Source of the DNA: an uncultured Chloroflexia bacterium | GTDB lineage: Bacteria; Chloroflexota; Anaerolineae; Anaerolineales; Anaerolineaceae | Direction: 5' to 3' | Length of the DNA: 32,000 nucleotides | Assembly: GCA_963704755.1 (NCBI GenBank) | Contig: OY969938.1 | Span: forward strand, 1,860,001 to 1,892,000 | Shown: positions 22,726 through 29,451 of the stretch, piece by piece | How positions within the stretch are numbered: position 1 is the first letter of the stretch | How the letters are laid out: every line of letters starts with the position of its first letter | The notes under the pieces: model-generated | The model's input: the letters and a program-made list of their open reading frames with translations, nothing else | What the model was told of the DNA's origin: nothing | The model's database searches: none | Made by a program: the position numbers and the translations under genes

Positions 22726-23279
22726 GGCAATCCTTGCACGAAAAACGATTTCATCGCGATTTATCCGTTTTGCGGGACCCCCAGCGGGTGTCCCGGCTGG
22801 AAGTACCCCGCGTGGTTGACCTGAGCCTGGCCGGCCTGGCCGAACCCGCCGGCGTGCTGGATATCGGCACCGGCACCGGCCTGTTTTCACAAGAATTCTC
22901 CGGGCGCGGATTGGCCATCACCGGGTTGGACGCCAACCCGGCCGCGCTGGAGTTGGCCCGCGGGTACGTGCCCAGCGGGATGTTCCGCGAAGGCATCGCC
23001 GAGAGCCTGCCCTTCGAGGATTGCCAGTTCGACCTGGTCTTCATGGGCCTGGTGCTGCACGAGGCCGACGATACCCTGGCGGCCCTGCGCGAAGCCCGCC
23101 GGGTCACCCGCCAGCGTTTGGCGGTGCTGGAGTGGCCTTACCTGGTCAACGAATTCGGCCCACCCCTGGAGCACCGCCTCTCACCTGAATTATTAACGGA
23201 CTTGAGCCTGCAAGCCGGCTTCAAATCCATCGAGCAAGTTCCGCTCGAGCACCTGGTCTTATACCGTTTCGCCTGTTGA
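22722..23279 (+). CDS. Class I SAM-dependent methyltransferase
   Basis: SAM-binding motif I is VLDIGTGTGLFS, followed by the acidic loop GLDAN, then FDLVFMGLVLHE. The start (TTG 22722) overlaps the DUF302 stop, and the exact start is uncertain. Confidence 0.82.
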   Translation: MRQSLHEKRFHRDLSVLRDPQRVSRLEVPRVVDLSLAGLAEPAGVLDIGTGTGLFSQEFSGRGLAITGLDANPAALELARGYVPSGMFREGIAESLPFEDCQFDLVFMGLVLHEADDTLAALREARRVTRQRLAVLEWPYLVNEFGPPLEHRLSPELLTDLSLQAGFKSIEQVPLEHLVLYRFAC

Positions 23280-23281
23280 GT

Positions 23282-23818
23282 CTATTGGCTTGTCGATAAC
23301 CCCAGGGTCGCCAACAAACCCTGCAAAAGCTGCTGGCGCTGGTCGGCGGTCAGGTTGGCGGCCGGGTGCATTTTGAGGTAATTCGCCGGGGGCATCTGGT
23401 TGTTCTGAATGACCTCGGTCAGGCGGTTGGCCAAACCACCGCCTAACCCACCCCGGGCCGACTGGCCGCTGGGCGGCTGCTGACCGGGCTCACGGGTCGG
23501 GAACTGGCCCGGCTCAAACGTGGGGAATTGACCGCCGTTACCCTGGCCCTCCCCGCGGTTGGGGAACTGGCCGTTTACGAACCCATCCGGGCCGCCGCGT
23601 TGGTTCCCGCCGGCCAAAAACTGGCCCAACCGGTAGGCCAGGCTGGTGGACTGGGCGAACTCTCCGCCGCCAAAACCCTGCTCCTGGCCGCCGCTCTTGC
23701 TGTAGGTGGACAGGTTGAATTCGCTGCGGCCGCGGGTGACGTCGTAATAGACCAGCCACGAGACCGGGGCCACGTAGGAATACCAGGGCCAGACGGTTTC
23801 GTCGCTGTGGCAGTCCAT
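23282..23818 (-). CDS. Haem-binding domain (Haem_bd-like, CXXCH) protein with an unresolved N-terminus
   Basis: (C)MDCHSDETVWPWYSYVAPVSWLVYYDV...NQMPPANYLKMHPAANLTADQRQQL matches the haem-binding domain family. The first ATG (23818) is the Met inside the CXXCH motif. The frame stays open upstream to 23926 with family-like residues but no ATG, GTG or TTG (see findings). Confidence 0.65.
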   Translation of the reverse strand: MDCHSDETVWPWYSYVAPVSWLVYYDVTRGRSEFNLSTYSKSGGQEQGFGGGEFAQSTSLAYRLGQFLAGGNQRGGPDGFVNGQFPNRGEGQGNGGQFPTFEPGQFPTREPGQQPPSGQSARGGLGGGLANRLTEVIQNNQMPPANYLKMHPAANLTADQRQQLLQGLLATLGLSTSQ

Positions 23819-23926
23819 GCAGGCCTGTTTGGCCAGGGTTTCGGTTTGAAACGAGTCCCAATTAATTTGCGTAGTCGCCGCCGGGTTGGTCCGTTGGACC
23901 GGGATGAACTGGATACCCCAATTTCT

Positions 23927-24490
23927 TCAAACTTTCAAACGTTCCACAAACTTTTTGCGGAACTTGGCCACCTTGGGAGCAATCACCACCTGGCAATAGC
24001 CTTGTTCGGGATGATGGGCGAAATATTCCTGGTGATAGTCCTCGGCCGGGTAGAAAATTGAAAAAGGCACCACCTGGGTCACTATGGGATGGTCCCACAA
24101 GCCCTCTGCGGTCAACGCCTGGATGACCGCCTCCGCGACCGCTTTTTGCTCCGGATTGTGATAAAAAATCGCCGAGCGGTACTGCGTGCCCACGTCCGCG
24201 CCCTGGCGGTTCAGCGTGGTCGGGTCGTGGATGGTGAAAAACACCTCCAGCAGCTCGCGGAAACTGACCCGCTCGGGGTCAAAGGTAATCTGGATTGTTT
24301 CGGCATGCCCGGTCCGGCCGGTGCAGACCGCTTGATAGGACGGCTCCGGAACATCCCCGCCGGCATAGCCGGAAACAACGTCGGTCACCCCTTTGAGATT
24401 GTCGTAAACCGCCTCCAGGCACCAGAAACACCCTCCGGCCAGGGTAGCGACCTCTAGATTATGGGAGACTTGCTTGGAATCGTCATTCAT
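23927..24490 (-). CDS. msrA: Peptide-methionine (S)-S-oxide reductase
   Basis: Catalytic motif GGCFWC, then GYAGG...YQAVCTGRTGHAETIQITFDP and HDPTTLNRQGADVGTQYRSAIF. ATG 24490 is preceded by GGAGGTG. Confidence 0.93.
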   Translation of the reverse strand: MNDDSKQVSHNLEVATLAGGCFWCLEAVYDNLKGVTDVVSGYAGGDVPEPSYQAVCTGRTGHAETIQITFDPERVSFRELLEVFFTIHDPTTLNRQGADVGTQYRSAIFYHNPEQKAVAEAVIQALTAEGLWDHPIVTQVVPFSIFYPAEDYHQEYFAHHPEQGYCQVVIAPKVAKFRKKFVERLKV

Positions 24491-24614
24491 AATCACCTCC
24501 GTAATCAATGAACCAACCTTACGCAATTTATGCGTACAGTTAAGCCAAATTTTCGATCCATTTCAGAATAACACCCGAAAATTACAGGATGAGGAATAAA
24601 AAATTACGGATTGC

Positions 24615-25316
24615 TTACGGCAAATTATCCTGGGCGTTGTCCTCGGCTCTATATGGGCCAAACTTGCGAAAAGCCTCCGGTGCAACCCGCCGTATGCGCT
24701 CGCTGATCGGGCTGACCAGGTAATATCCGCCATTCCGGTGCAGGATAGGGATGCGCCGGCGCTGGTCGGCAAAGGCTTCGCGCATGTCCTCGCTGGTCTG
24801 GGCGTAATTCTCGTAGTCGTCCGGCCAGCGGGAGAACAGGTCGTCGTACAGATGGACGAATTCGTCGCGGTACTCGGGCGTGACCGTCGCCAGGTTGTTG
24901 ATCACCCAGCAGGTGGGCTCGAAGTCCCAGTAATACGCCAACCCGATAAAGCGGTCGTCGGAGGTGATGTAGGGGAAGAAGGGGAACTGGCGGCAGCTAA
25001 TCGCCCGAAAATCGCGTTGGCAGTGGGCCGGGCCCTGGCAGGCCAAAAGCAGCATGCTTTCCGGGGTGTCTTTGAGCAGTTCGGCCGGGTCGCAGGGCTC
25101 CTGGCTGCACTCGTCCCCGCGCCAGACATGCCACAGGTCGGTCGATTGTTTCAGATAATCCCACTCGGGCTTGTACGCCACCGGCACTGCGGTGCAAATA
25201 TCACAGCAAAACGGAATGCCGTGCGGATTGTGCGGCGCGCACTTCTTCCCGCAGTCGAAAGGCGTCATCGGCGCGTTGAAATGGTTGTACAGGGAACGGA
25301 AATCGATTTGAGGCAT
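24615..25316 (-). CDS. Cysteine-rich hypothetical protein
   Basis: A 233-aa ORF with coding-like composition and clustered Cys residues (FDCGKKCAPHNPHGIPFCCDIC, ...ECSQEPC..., ...ACQGPAHCQRDFRAISC...). These are suggestive of metal or Fe-S binding. I cannot assign a family. Confidence 0.55.
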   Translation of the reverse strand: MPQIDFRSLYNHFNAPMTPFDCGKKCAPHNPHGIPFCCDICTAVPVAYKPEWDYLKQSTDLWHVWRGDECSQEPCDPAELLKDTPESMLLLACQGPAHCQRDFRAISCRQFPFFPYITSDDRFIGLAYYWDFEPTCWVINNLATVTPEYRDEFVHLYDDLFSRWPDDYENYAQTSEDMREAFADQRRRIPILHRNGGYYLVSPISERIRRVAPEAFRKFGPYRAEDNAQDNLP

Positions 25317-25470
25317 AATCTACCGGGTCTGGCAAAAACAATACCGATTGTATCGCATTAATAGTTGTCTTCAAGGTTTTTGAACGTAGAAAAATAATAT
25401 TTCAACTTTTTTACAATTTTCCAGGCTGTTTTTGGCCGGGTCGCTTTTCTCAAGACCTATAATAATTCTT

Positions 25471-25911
25471 ATGCGACGAACACGTATTTCGAAAAAGTTT
25501 TTCACTGCACTTTCGATTTTTACATTGTTCTTTTGTGGTCTGAGCTATTTTTCTGGATTCTTTTATTATACGGGCATTACCCCCTGCATACTCCCACCGG
25601 GAATGTTGGCCGATGGGTATGCCAGTTCGAATGTTTACACCTGGCTGGATACCAACGAAAACGGCTTGGCTGACCCCGGCGAGCTGCCTCTTCCTGACGT
25701 AGAAATCAGCTACCCCAATCTCAATAAGACAAATAAAAATGGCCAGGCGCGCACGGGGGTATTCAAGCCTGGCTGCGCCTGTCGTTGTTGGAAAGATGAA
25801 TACGTCGAAGTTGTCGTTCCGGACGGCTACCGGGCCACTACACCCACAAAAATTATCTTGACCAGCAGAGATGCAAATCTTCAGTTCGGTTTCAAACCGA
25901 CAGCGCCTTGA
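25471..25911 (+). CDS. Small membrane-anchored protein with an SdrD B-like (DxNxNGxxDxxE) motif
   Basis: N-terminal hydrophobic anchor FFTALSIFTLFFCGLSYF, then WLDTNENGLADPGELPLPDVEI, resembling the Ca-binding motif of SdrD B-like / Cna-B-type folds. It lies in an AT-richer island. Confidence 0.5.
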   Translation: MRRTRISKKFFTALSIFTLFFCGLSYFSGFFYYTGITPCILPPGMLADGYASSNVYTWLDTNENGLADPGELPLPDVEISYPNLNKTNKNGQARTGVFKPGCACRCWKDEYVEVVVPDGYRATTPTKIILTSRDANLQFGFKPTAP

Positions 25912-26065
25912 TATCATTTACTTGTTTGATCGAGATGTACGCCACAGGGCGTCGAATTGGCTTCATTATGGCCTTGACGTTATAAGGATTTACTTCACTC
26001 TTCTCCTTGGCATATTATGGTTCTTGGATTAGCGTAACACTCTCCTAAACAGCTACCGTTTTATT

Positions 26066-26096
26066 GTTACCGTTTTGGTAACTTTGGTGATATAAT
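26066..26096 (+). promoter_or_regulatory. higBA promoter with overlapping palindromic operator
   Basis: Palindrome GTTACC-GTTTT-GGTAAC at 26066-26082. Extended -10 TGATATAAT at 26088-26096. The ATG of higB starts 7 nt after the -10 hexamer, which suggests a leaderless transcript. Confidence 0.5.
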
Positions 26097-26102
26097 TTCA
26101 TT

Positions 26103-26396
26103 ATGCGGATCATCAGCCGGCGAACGCTGCGTGAGTTTTGGGAAAAACATCCCGATTCTGCTATTGCACTCCAAACCTGGTTCCATGATGTGGAACGTGC
26201 CAATTGGACGACCCCGACTGATATTAAAGCGACGTACACGAATGCCAGTTTTATAGCCAACAACCGCATCGTGTTTAATATCAAAGGGAACCATTACCGC
26301 CTGGTGGTTTTGGTTGTTTATCAAAACAACACGGTATACATCCGCTTTGTTGGGACTCATGAAGAGTATGACCAGATCGATGTCGCCAAAGTGTGA
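26103..26396 (+). CDS. higB: Type II toxin HigB (RelE-fold mRNA interferase, HigB_toxin family)
   Basis: MRIISRRTLREFWEKHPDSAIALQTWFHDVERANWTTPTDIKATYTNASFIANNRIVFNIKGNHYRLVVLVVYQNNTVYIRFVGTHEEYDQID matches this family along its whole length. Confidence 0.9.
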   Translation: MRIISRRTLREFWEKHPDSAIALQTWFHDVERANWTTPTDIKATYTNASFIANNRIVFNIKGNHYRLVVLVVYQNNTVYIRFVGTHEEYDQIDVAKV

Positions 26397-26406
26397 GGAG
26401 CGAGAG

Positions 26407-26820
26407 ATGCAGATTAAACCCATTCGCAGTGAGGCCGATTATCAGGCCGCTTTAAAAGAAATTGACAGCCTGGTCGAATCGCAACCCGGAACCCCGGAAG
26501 GCGACCGGATGGATGTGTTGGTGACCCTGGTTGAAGCTTATGAGGCTAAACACTTTCCAATCCCAGAGCCGGATGATCCGGTGCAGGTGCTGGAATATTA
26601 CATGGAAAGCCGTGGGCTGACCCGTACTGATTTGATTCCCTACCTGGGCAGCAAAGAACGGGTTTCCGAAATCCTTAACCGTAAGCGTGGGCTGTCCTTA
26701 GAAATGATTCGCCGCTTGCACACAGGTCTCGGAATCCCCGCAGAACTTTTGATTGGCCAACAGGCTCGCAATATCAATGTAAACAATACGCCTAAACCGA
26801 AACCGTATCTGCACGTATAA
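26407..26820 (+). CDS. higA: Type II antitoxin HigA (HTH, XRE-like)
   Basis: MQIKPIRSEADYQAALKEIDSLVESQPGTPEGDRMDVLVTLVEAYEAKH... followed by the HTH ...SKERVSEILNRKRGLSLEMIRRLHTGLGIPAELLI. GAGGAG lies upstream of ATG 26407. The longer 26314 start in the ORF track overlaps higB and is rejected. Confidence 0.9.
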   Translation: MQIKPIRSEADYQAALKEIDSLVESQPGTPEGDRMDVLVTLVEAYEAKHFPIPEPDDPVQVLEYYMESRGLTRTDLIPYLGSKERVSEILNRKRGLSLEMIRRLHTGLGIPAELLIGQQARNINVNNTPKPKPYLHV

Positions 26821-26856
26821 ATCCAACGTAGCCACTTAGGCCCTTGTTAAAAAGAT

Positions 26857-26910
26857 TCCGAATTTGAGGTGTTTGCGGGGGTTTGCCCCCGCAAACACCT
26901 CAAATTCAGA
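26857..26910. repeat. Long hairpin family member between convergent genes (probable bidirectional terminator)
   Basis: TCCGAATTTGAGGTGTTTGCGGGGG-TTTG-CCCCCGCAAACACCTCAAATTCAGA, with one mismatch. Nearly the same sequence occurs at 28704-28756. Confidence 0.85.
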
Positions 26911-26919
26911 ATCCCTTTT

Positions 26920-27954
26920 CTATCTATGCCCATCCGTGCCTATCCGTGGTTGACCATTCCCTTCGGGCAGCGCCACTTTGACCGGCAGGCCGCTGCGGAA
27001 TGACTCCACGCAGGCGTCACTGATGAGCAAGGCCATATAGCCATCCCAGGCGCTGGCTCCGGCAAAGGGCCGGCCGCTGCGCACCGATGCGACCCAATCG
27101 ATCAGCTCGGCCACGTAAGCCTCCTGAAACCGTTCCAGCCAGTCGGCCGGTACAGGCGTCGAATGGTTTCCGCTCAGGCGCAGCAGCGCCCGCTCCGGCG
27201 GCAGCGTGGCCGCGGAGCCATGCTCCCCCACCACCTCGGCATAGACCTCGTAGCCGTATTCAGCCGCCACATAGACCTCGATCGCAGCCAGGCAGCCGCC
27301 GCTCAGGCCAAGCTGGAACAGCAGCAGGTCGGTGGTCTCCGGGCTGAAGCGGTCGTGTGAACGCACCCCGCGCACGTAGACCTCCTCCACTTCCTGGCCC
27401 AGCAGCCAGCGGGCCGCATCCATATCGTGGCCGGCCGAGTTGGTGATGACCATCTCACCGCTCACGCTGTAGGGGATGGACACGTTGCGATGAAAGCCCT
27501 TGTACAGGATCGCCCGGCCCAAATTGCCCGACTCGATCGTTTGCTTGACCGCCCGGTGCTGGGGGTCGAAACGGCGCATAAAGCCGACCGAAACCAGCCG
27601 CTGCCCCTGGGCCGCTTCGGCCGCGATCACCCGCGCAGCTTCGGCCGAGCCGGTCGCCAGGGGTTTTTCACACAACACCGGCTTGTTGGCCCGCAGACAT
27701 TCCAGCACAAATTCCACGTGGGTGTCATCCGGGGACGCCACAATGACGGCCTCCACCCGCTCGTCGCGGATCAGGGCCAGCGGATCGCTGAACACCTGCG
27801 CCGGGCCGGCTGCCCGGCCTGCCCGCTGCGGGTCCAGGTCATAGACGGCAACGACATCGGCTGCCGGGACAAAGCGCTGCAAATTGGCCACGTGGCGGCT
27901 GCCCATCCCGCCTGTGCCGATCACACCCACCGAAACGGGCTTGGGTTCTGGCAT
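26920..27954 (-). CDS. Gfo/Idh/MocA family oxidoreductase
   Basis: N-terminal Rossmann motif VGVIGTGGMGSRH and the EKP motif (VLCEKPLA). ATG 27954 has GGAG 6 nt upstream. An alternative GTG start is at 27966. Stop is TAG. Confidence 0.88.
   Translation of the reverse strand: MPEPKPVSVGVIGTGGMGSRHVANLQRFVPAADVVAVYDLDPQRAGRAAGPAQVFSDPLALIRDERVEAVIVASPDDTHVEFVLECLRANKPVLCEKPLATGSAEAARVIAAEAAQGQRLVSVGFMRRFDPQHRAVKQTIESGNLGRAILYKGFHRNVSIPYSVSGEMVITNSAGHDMDAARWLLGQEVEEVYVRGVRSHDRFSPETTDLLLFQLGLSGGCLAAIEVYVAAEYGYEVYAEVVGEHGSAATLPPERALLRLSGNHSTPVPADWLERFQEAYVAELIDWVASVRSGRPFAGASAWDGYMALLISDACVESFRSGLPVKVALPEGNGQPRIGTDGHR
26921..26950. repeat. Three (T/C)ATC(C/T)(G/A)TG motifs at exact 10-bp spacing
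   Basis: TATCTATG at 26921-26928, CATCCGTG at 26931-26938 and TATCCGTG at 26941-26948, then GTT. The array starts 11 nt after the hairpin and overlaps the last codons of the oxidoreductase ORF. Confidence 0.85.
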
Positions 27955-27975
27955 TGGTTGCTCCACAGAAATGAT

Positions 27976-28377
27976 TTAAGAACTGTCTTTCCCAAGACTT
28001 TTGCTATGCTGCTTAAACCATTCAGCCATATTGTCCAACTTGAGCTTTGATTCGGCGCACGCAAAAGTGAATTTCACTACCTCATCATTTTTTGCATTTA
28101 ATTGAAAGCCATTTGCTTTTAAAAACAGCGCTGCAGAAGCGATTGCTGTTCTTTTATTTCCGTCCAAAAAAGGATGGTTACGGACAAGCGAGTCCATTAA
28201 TGCCGCAGTTTTTGCATAAATATTTGCGTAAAGCTCGCTTCCGCCAAAGGTAGCTTGTGGACGGCCTAATGCAGATAAGAGCATTGATATGTCCCTGACT
28301 CCATGTTCACCGCCAGTTTCTTCTATAACGCGATCATGAATAAATAGAACTTGCTCTGGCGTAAGGTAAACAATCAC
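27976..28377 (-). CDS. doc: Type II toxin Doc (Fic/Doc family)
   Basis: Fic-type motif HPFLDGNKRTA, with overall Doc-like length and sequence (LTPEQVLFIHDRVIEETGGEHGVRD...). It overlaps the antitoxin by 4 nt. Visibly AT-richer than its neighbours. Confidence 0.9.
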   Translation of the reverse strand: MIVYLTPEQVLFIHDRVIEETGGEHGVRDISMLLSALGRPQATFGGSELYANIYAKTAALMDSLVRNHPFLDGNKRTAIASAALFLKANGFQLNAKNDEVVKFTFACAESKLKLDNMAEWFKQHSKSLGKDSS

Positions 28378-28619
28378 CGCGATAATTCTTCCAAGGCAGG
28401 GCGGTATTTCTCAATGAATTCCTTCACTTGTAGCGCAAATTCTGCATCTACTCCAGCATCTACCAATGGTTCGCTTACAGGTGTAATGATAATTCTTTGA
28501 TTTTCACGCTCGAAGTCAAGCGAAACGGTACCACCATCCGCAAGATGTAATTCTTCCAGAATTTCTTTGGGGAGAGAAACTACAACACTGTTTCCCGTCT
28601 TAAATAGATGCCTTAACAT
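28374..28619 (-). CDS. AbrB/MazE/SpoVT-type antitoxin partner of Doc
   Basis: The N-terminal swapped-hairpin motif LFKTGNSVVVSLPKEILEEL is typical of AbrB-like antitoxins. AGGAGG lies 7 nt upstream of the ATG. It sits upstream of and overlaps doc. Confidence 0.82.
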   Translation of the reverse strand: MLRHLFKTGNSVVVSLPKEILEELHLADGGTVSLDFERENQRIIITPVSEPLVDAGVDAEFALQVKEFIEKYRPALEELSR

Positions 28620-28633
28620 AAAAGCCTCCTGTG

Positions 28634-28653
28634 CTTACAACGTAAGTATAGCA
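28634..28653 (-). promoter_or_regulatory. Candidate promoter/operator of the antitoxin-doc pair
   Basis: On the minus strand, the extended -10 TGCTATACT is the complement of 28645-28653. It overlaps the palindrome CTTAC-AAC-GTAAG (28634-28646). Confidence 0.35.
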
Positions 28654-28703
28654 CAAGGTTAATATAACCAAATAGTAACTACTCAGCCTATCAGGTAAGA
28701 AAA

Positions 28704-28756
28704 CCGAAATTGAGGTGTTTGCGGGGGCGAAGCCCCCGCAAACACCTCAATTTCGG
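28704..28756 (-). terminator. Perfect 25-bp hairpin with GCGAAGC apex, the likely end of the BMC operon
   Basis: CCGAAATTGAGGTGTTTGCGGGGGC-GAA-GCCCCCGCAAACACCTCAATTTCGG. It lies 90 nt downstream of the last BMC-P gene. There is no clean U-tract. Confidence 0.7.
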
Positions 28757-28845
28757 GGACTTTCTAACCTAAGCCTGAGTAGTTACACCAAATAGATATA
28801 TTCGTTTTTTATGCCGGTTTAGCCGGCATAAAAAACGAATATATC

Positions 28846-29118
28846 TCATTCTTCCAAATATACCGAATCGATAATCCCCACAATGATCGAAATCACGCAG
28901 CCGTCCGGGTTCTGGAGCACCTGGCGGGCGCCGTTGCCCTCGCGGTTGACCAGCACCGTGTCCCCCACGCCGGCCTGGCTGGTATCCAGGGCGATAAAAT
29001 CGCCGTCGGGGGCATCGCCCGCCAAACCCAGCGGTTGGACGACCAGCAAACGCCGGTTCTTGTAATCCCGGTGGCTGATGGTGGTCACGACCGTACCGAC
29101 AACTTTGCCAATAACCAT
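28846..29118 (-). CDS. BMC vertex protein (BMC-P, EutN/CcmL family)
   Basis: MVIGKVVGTVVTT...RLLVVQPL...AGVGDTVLVNREGNGARQ... is a typical EutN/CcmL pentamer sequence. Length is 90 aa. Confidence 0.9.
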   Translation of the reverse strand: MVIGKVVGTVVTTISHRDYKNRRLLVVQPLGLAGDAPDGDFIALDTSQAGVGDTVLVNREGNGARQVLQNPDGCVISIIVGIIDSVYLEE

Positions 29119-29126
29119 TGCGCCTC

Positions 29127-29447
29127 TCAGGTAAACTGGTTCTGGCCGGCTTTGAGGGTGAAATCGAACTCCCCATCCGGGTGGACCACCAGCTCGTCCA
29201 CGATGCCGACCAGGGCCAGGTCCACCGGCACGAACTTGACCAGCGGCATCGCCAGGGCCGCTTCACGCGAGCGCACCATCACGCACAGGTCGCCCGGCCC
29301 GGCCTGGACCACGTCGGCGGCTACTTGCAGCGGGCCGGTCGGCTCCAGGCGCTTGTTCAGCGGCTGGACTACCAGCAGCTTCAGCCCCTCGGTGCCGGGA
29401 TATTTGAGCGTGCAGACCGCGCTGCCCTTGACCCTGCCAAACAACAT
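29127..29447 (-). CDS. BMC vertex protein (BMC-P, EutN/CcmL family), second paralogue
   Basis: MLFGRVKGSAVCTLKYPGTEGLKLLVVQPL...AGPGDLCVMVRSREAA... has the EutN/CcmL fold pattern, with a short C-terminal extension. Confidence 0.85.
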   Translation of the reverse strand: MLFGRVKGSAVCTLKYPGTEGLKLLVVQPLNKRLEPTGPLQVAADVVQAGPGDLCVMVRSREAALAMPLVKFVPVDLALVGIVDELVVHPDGEFDFTLKAGQNQFT

Positions 29448-29451
29448 GGGC

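Noticed and set aside
23927-23929. The msrA TGA as a selenocysteine codon joining MsrA to the haem-binding domain.
   Set aside because: MsrA is complete, with a normal C-terminus and a Cys-encoded active site. I see no convincing stem-loop immediately downstream of the TGA that could serve as a bacterial SECIS. A cytoplasmic MsrA fused to a domain needing periplasmic haem attachment makes little sense. It is kept only as a low-probability alternative in the finding.
26314-26406. The longer HigA start at 26314 given by the ORF track.
   Set aside because: It would overlap the 3' end of higB by 83 nt with non-homologous residues. ATG 26407 has a GAGGAG RBS and gives the canonical MQIKPI... antitoxin N-terminus.
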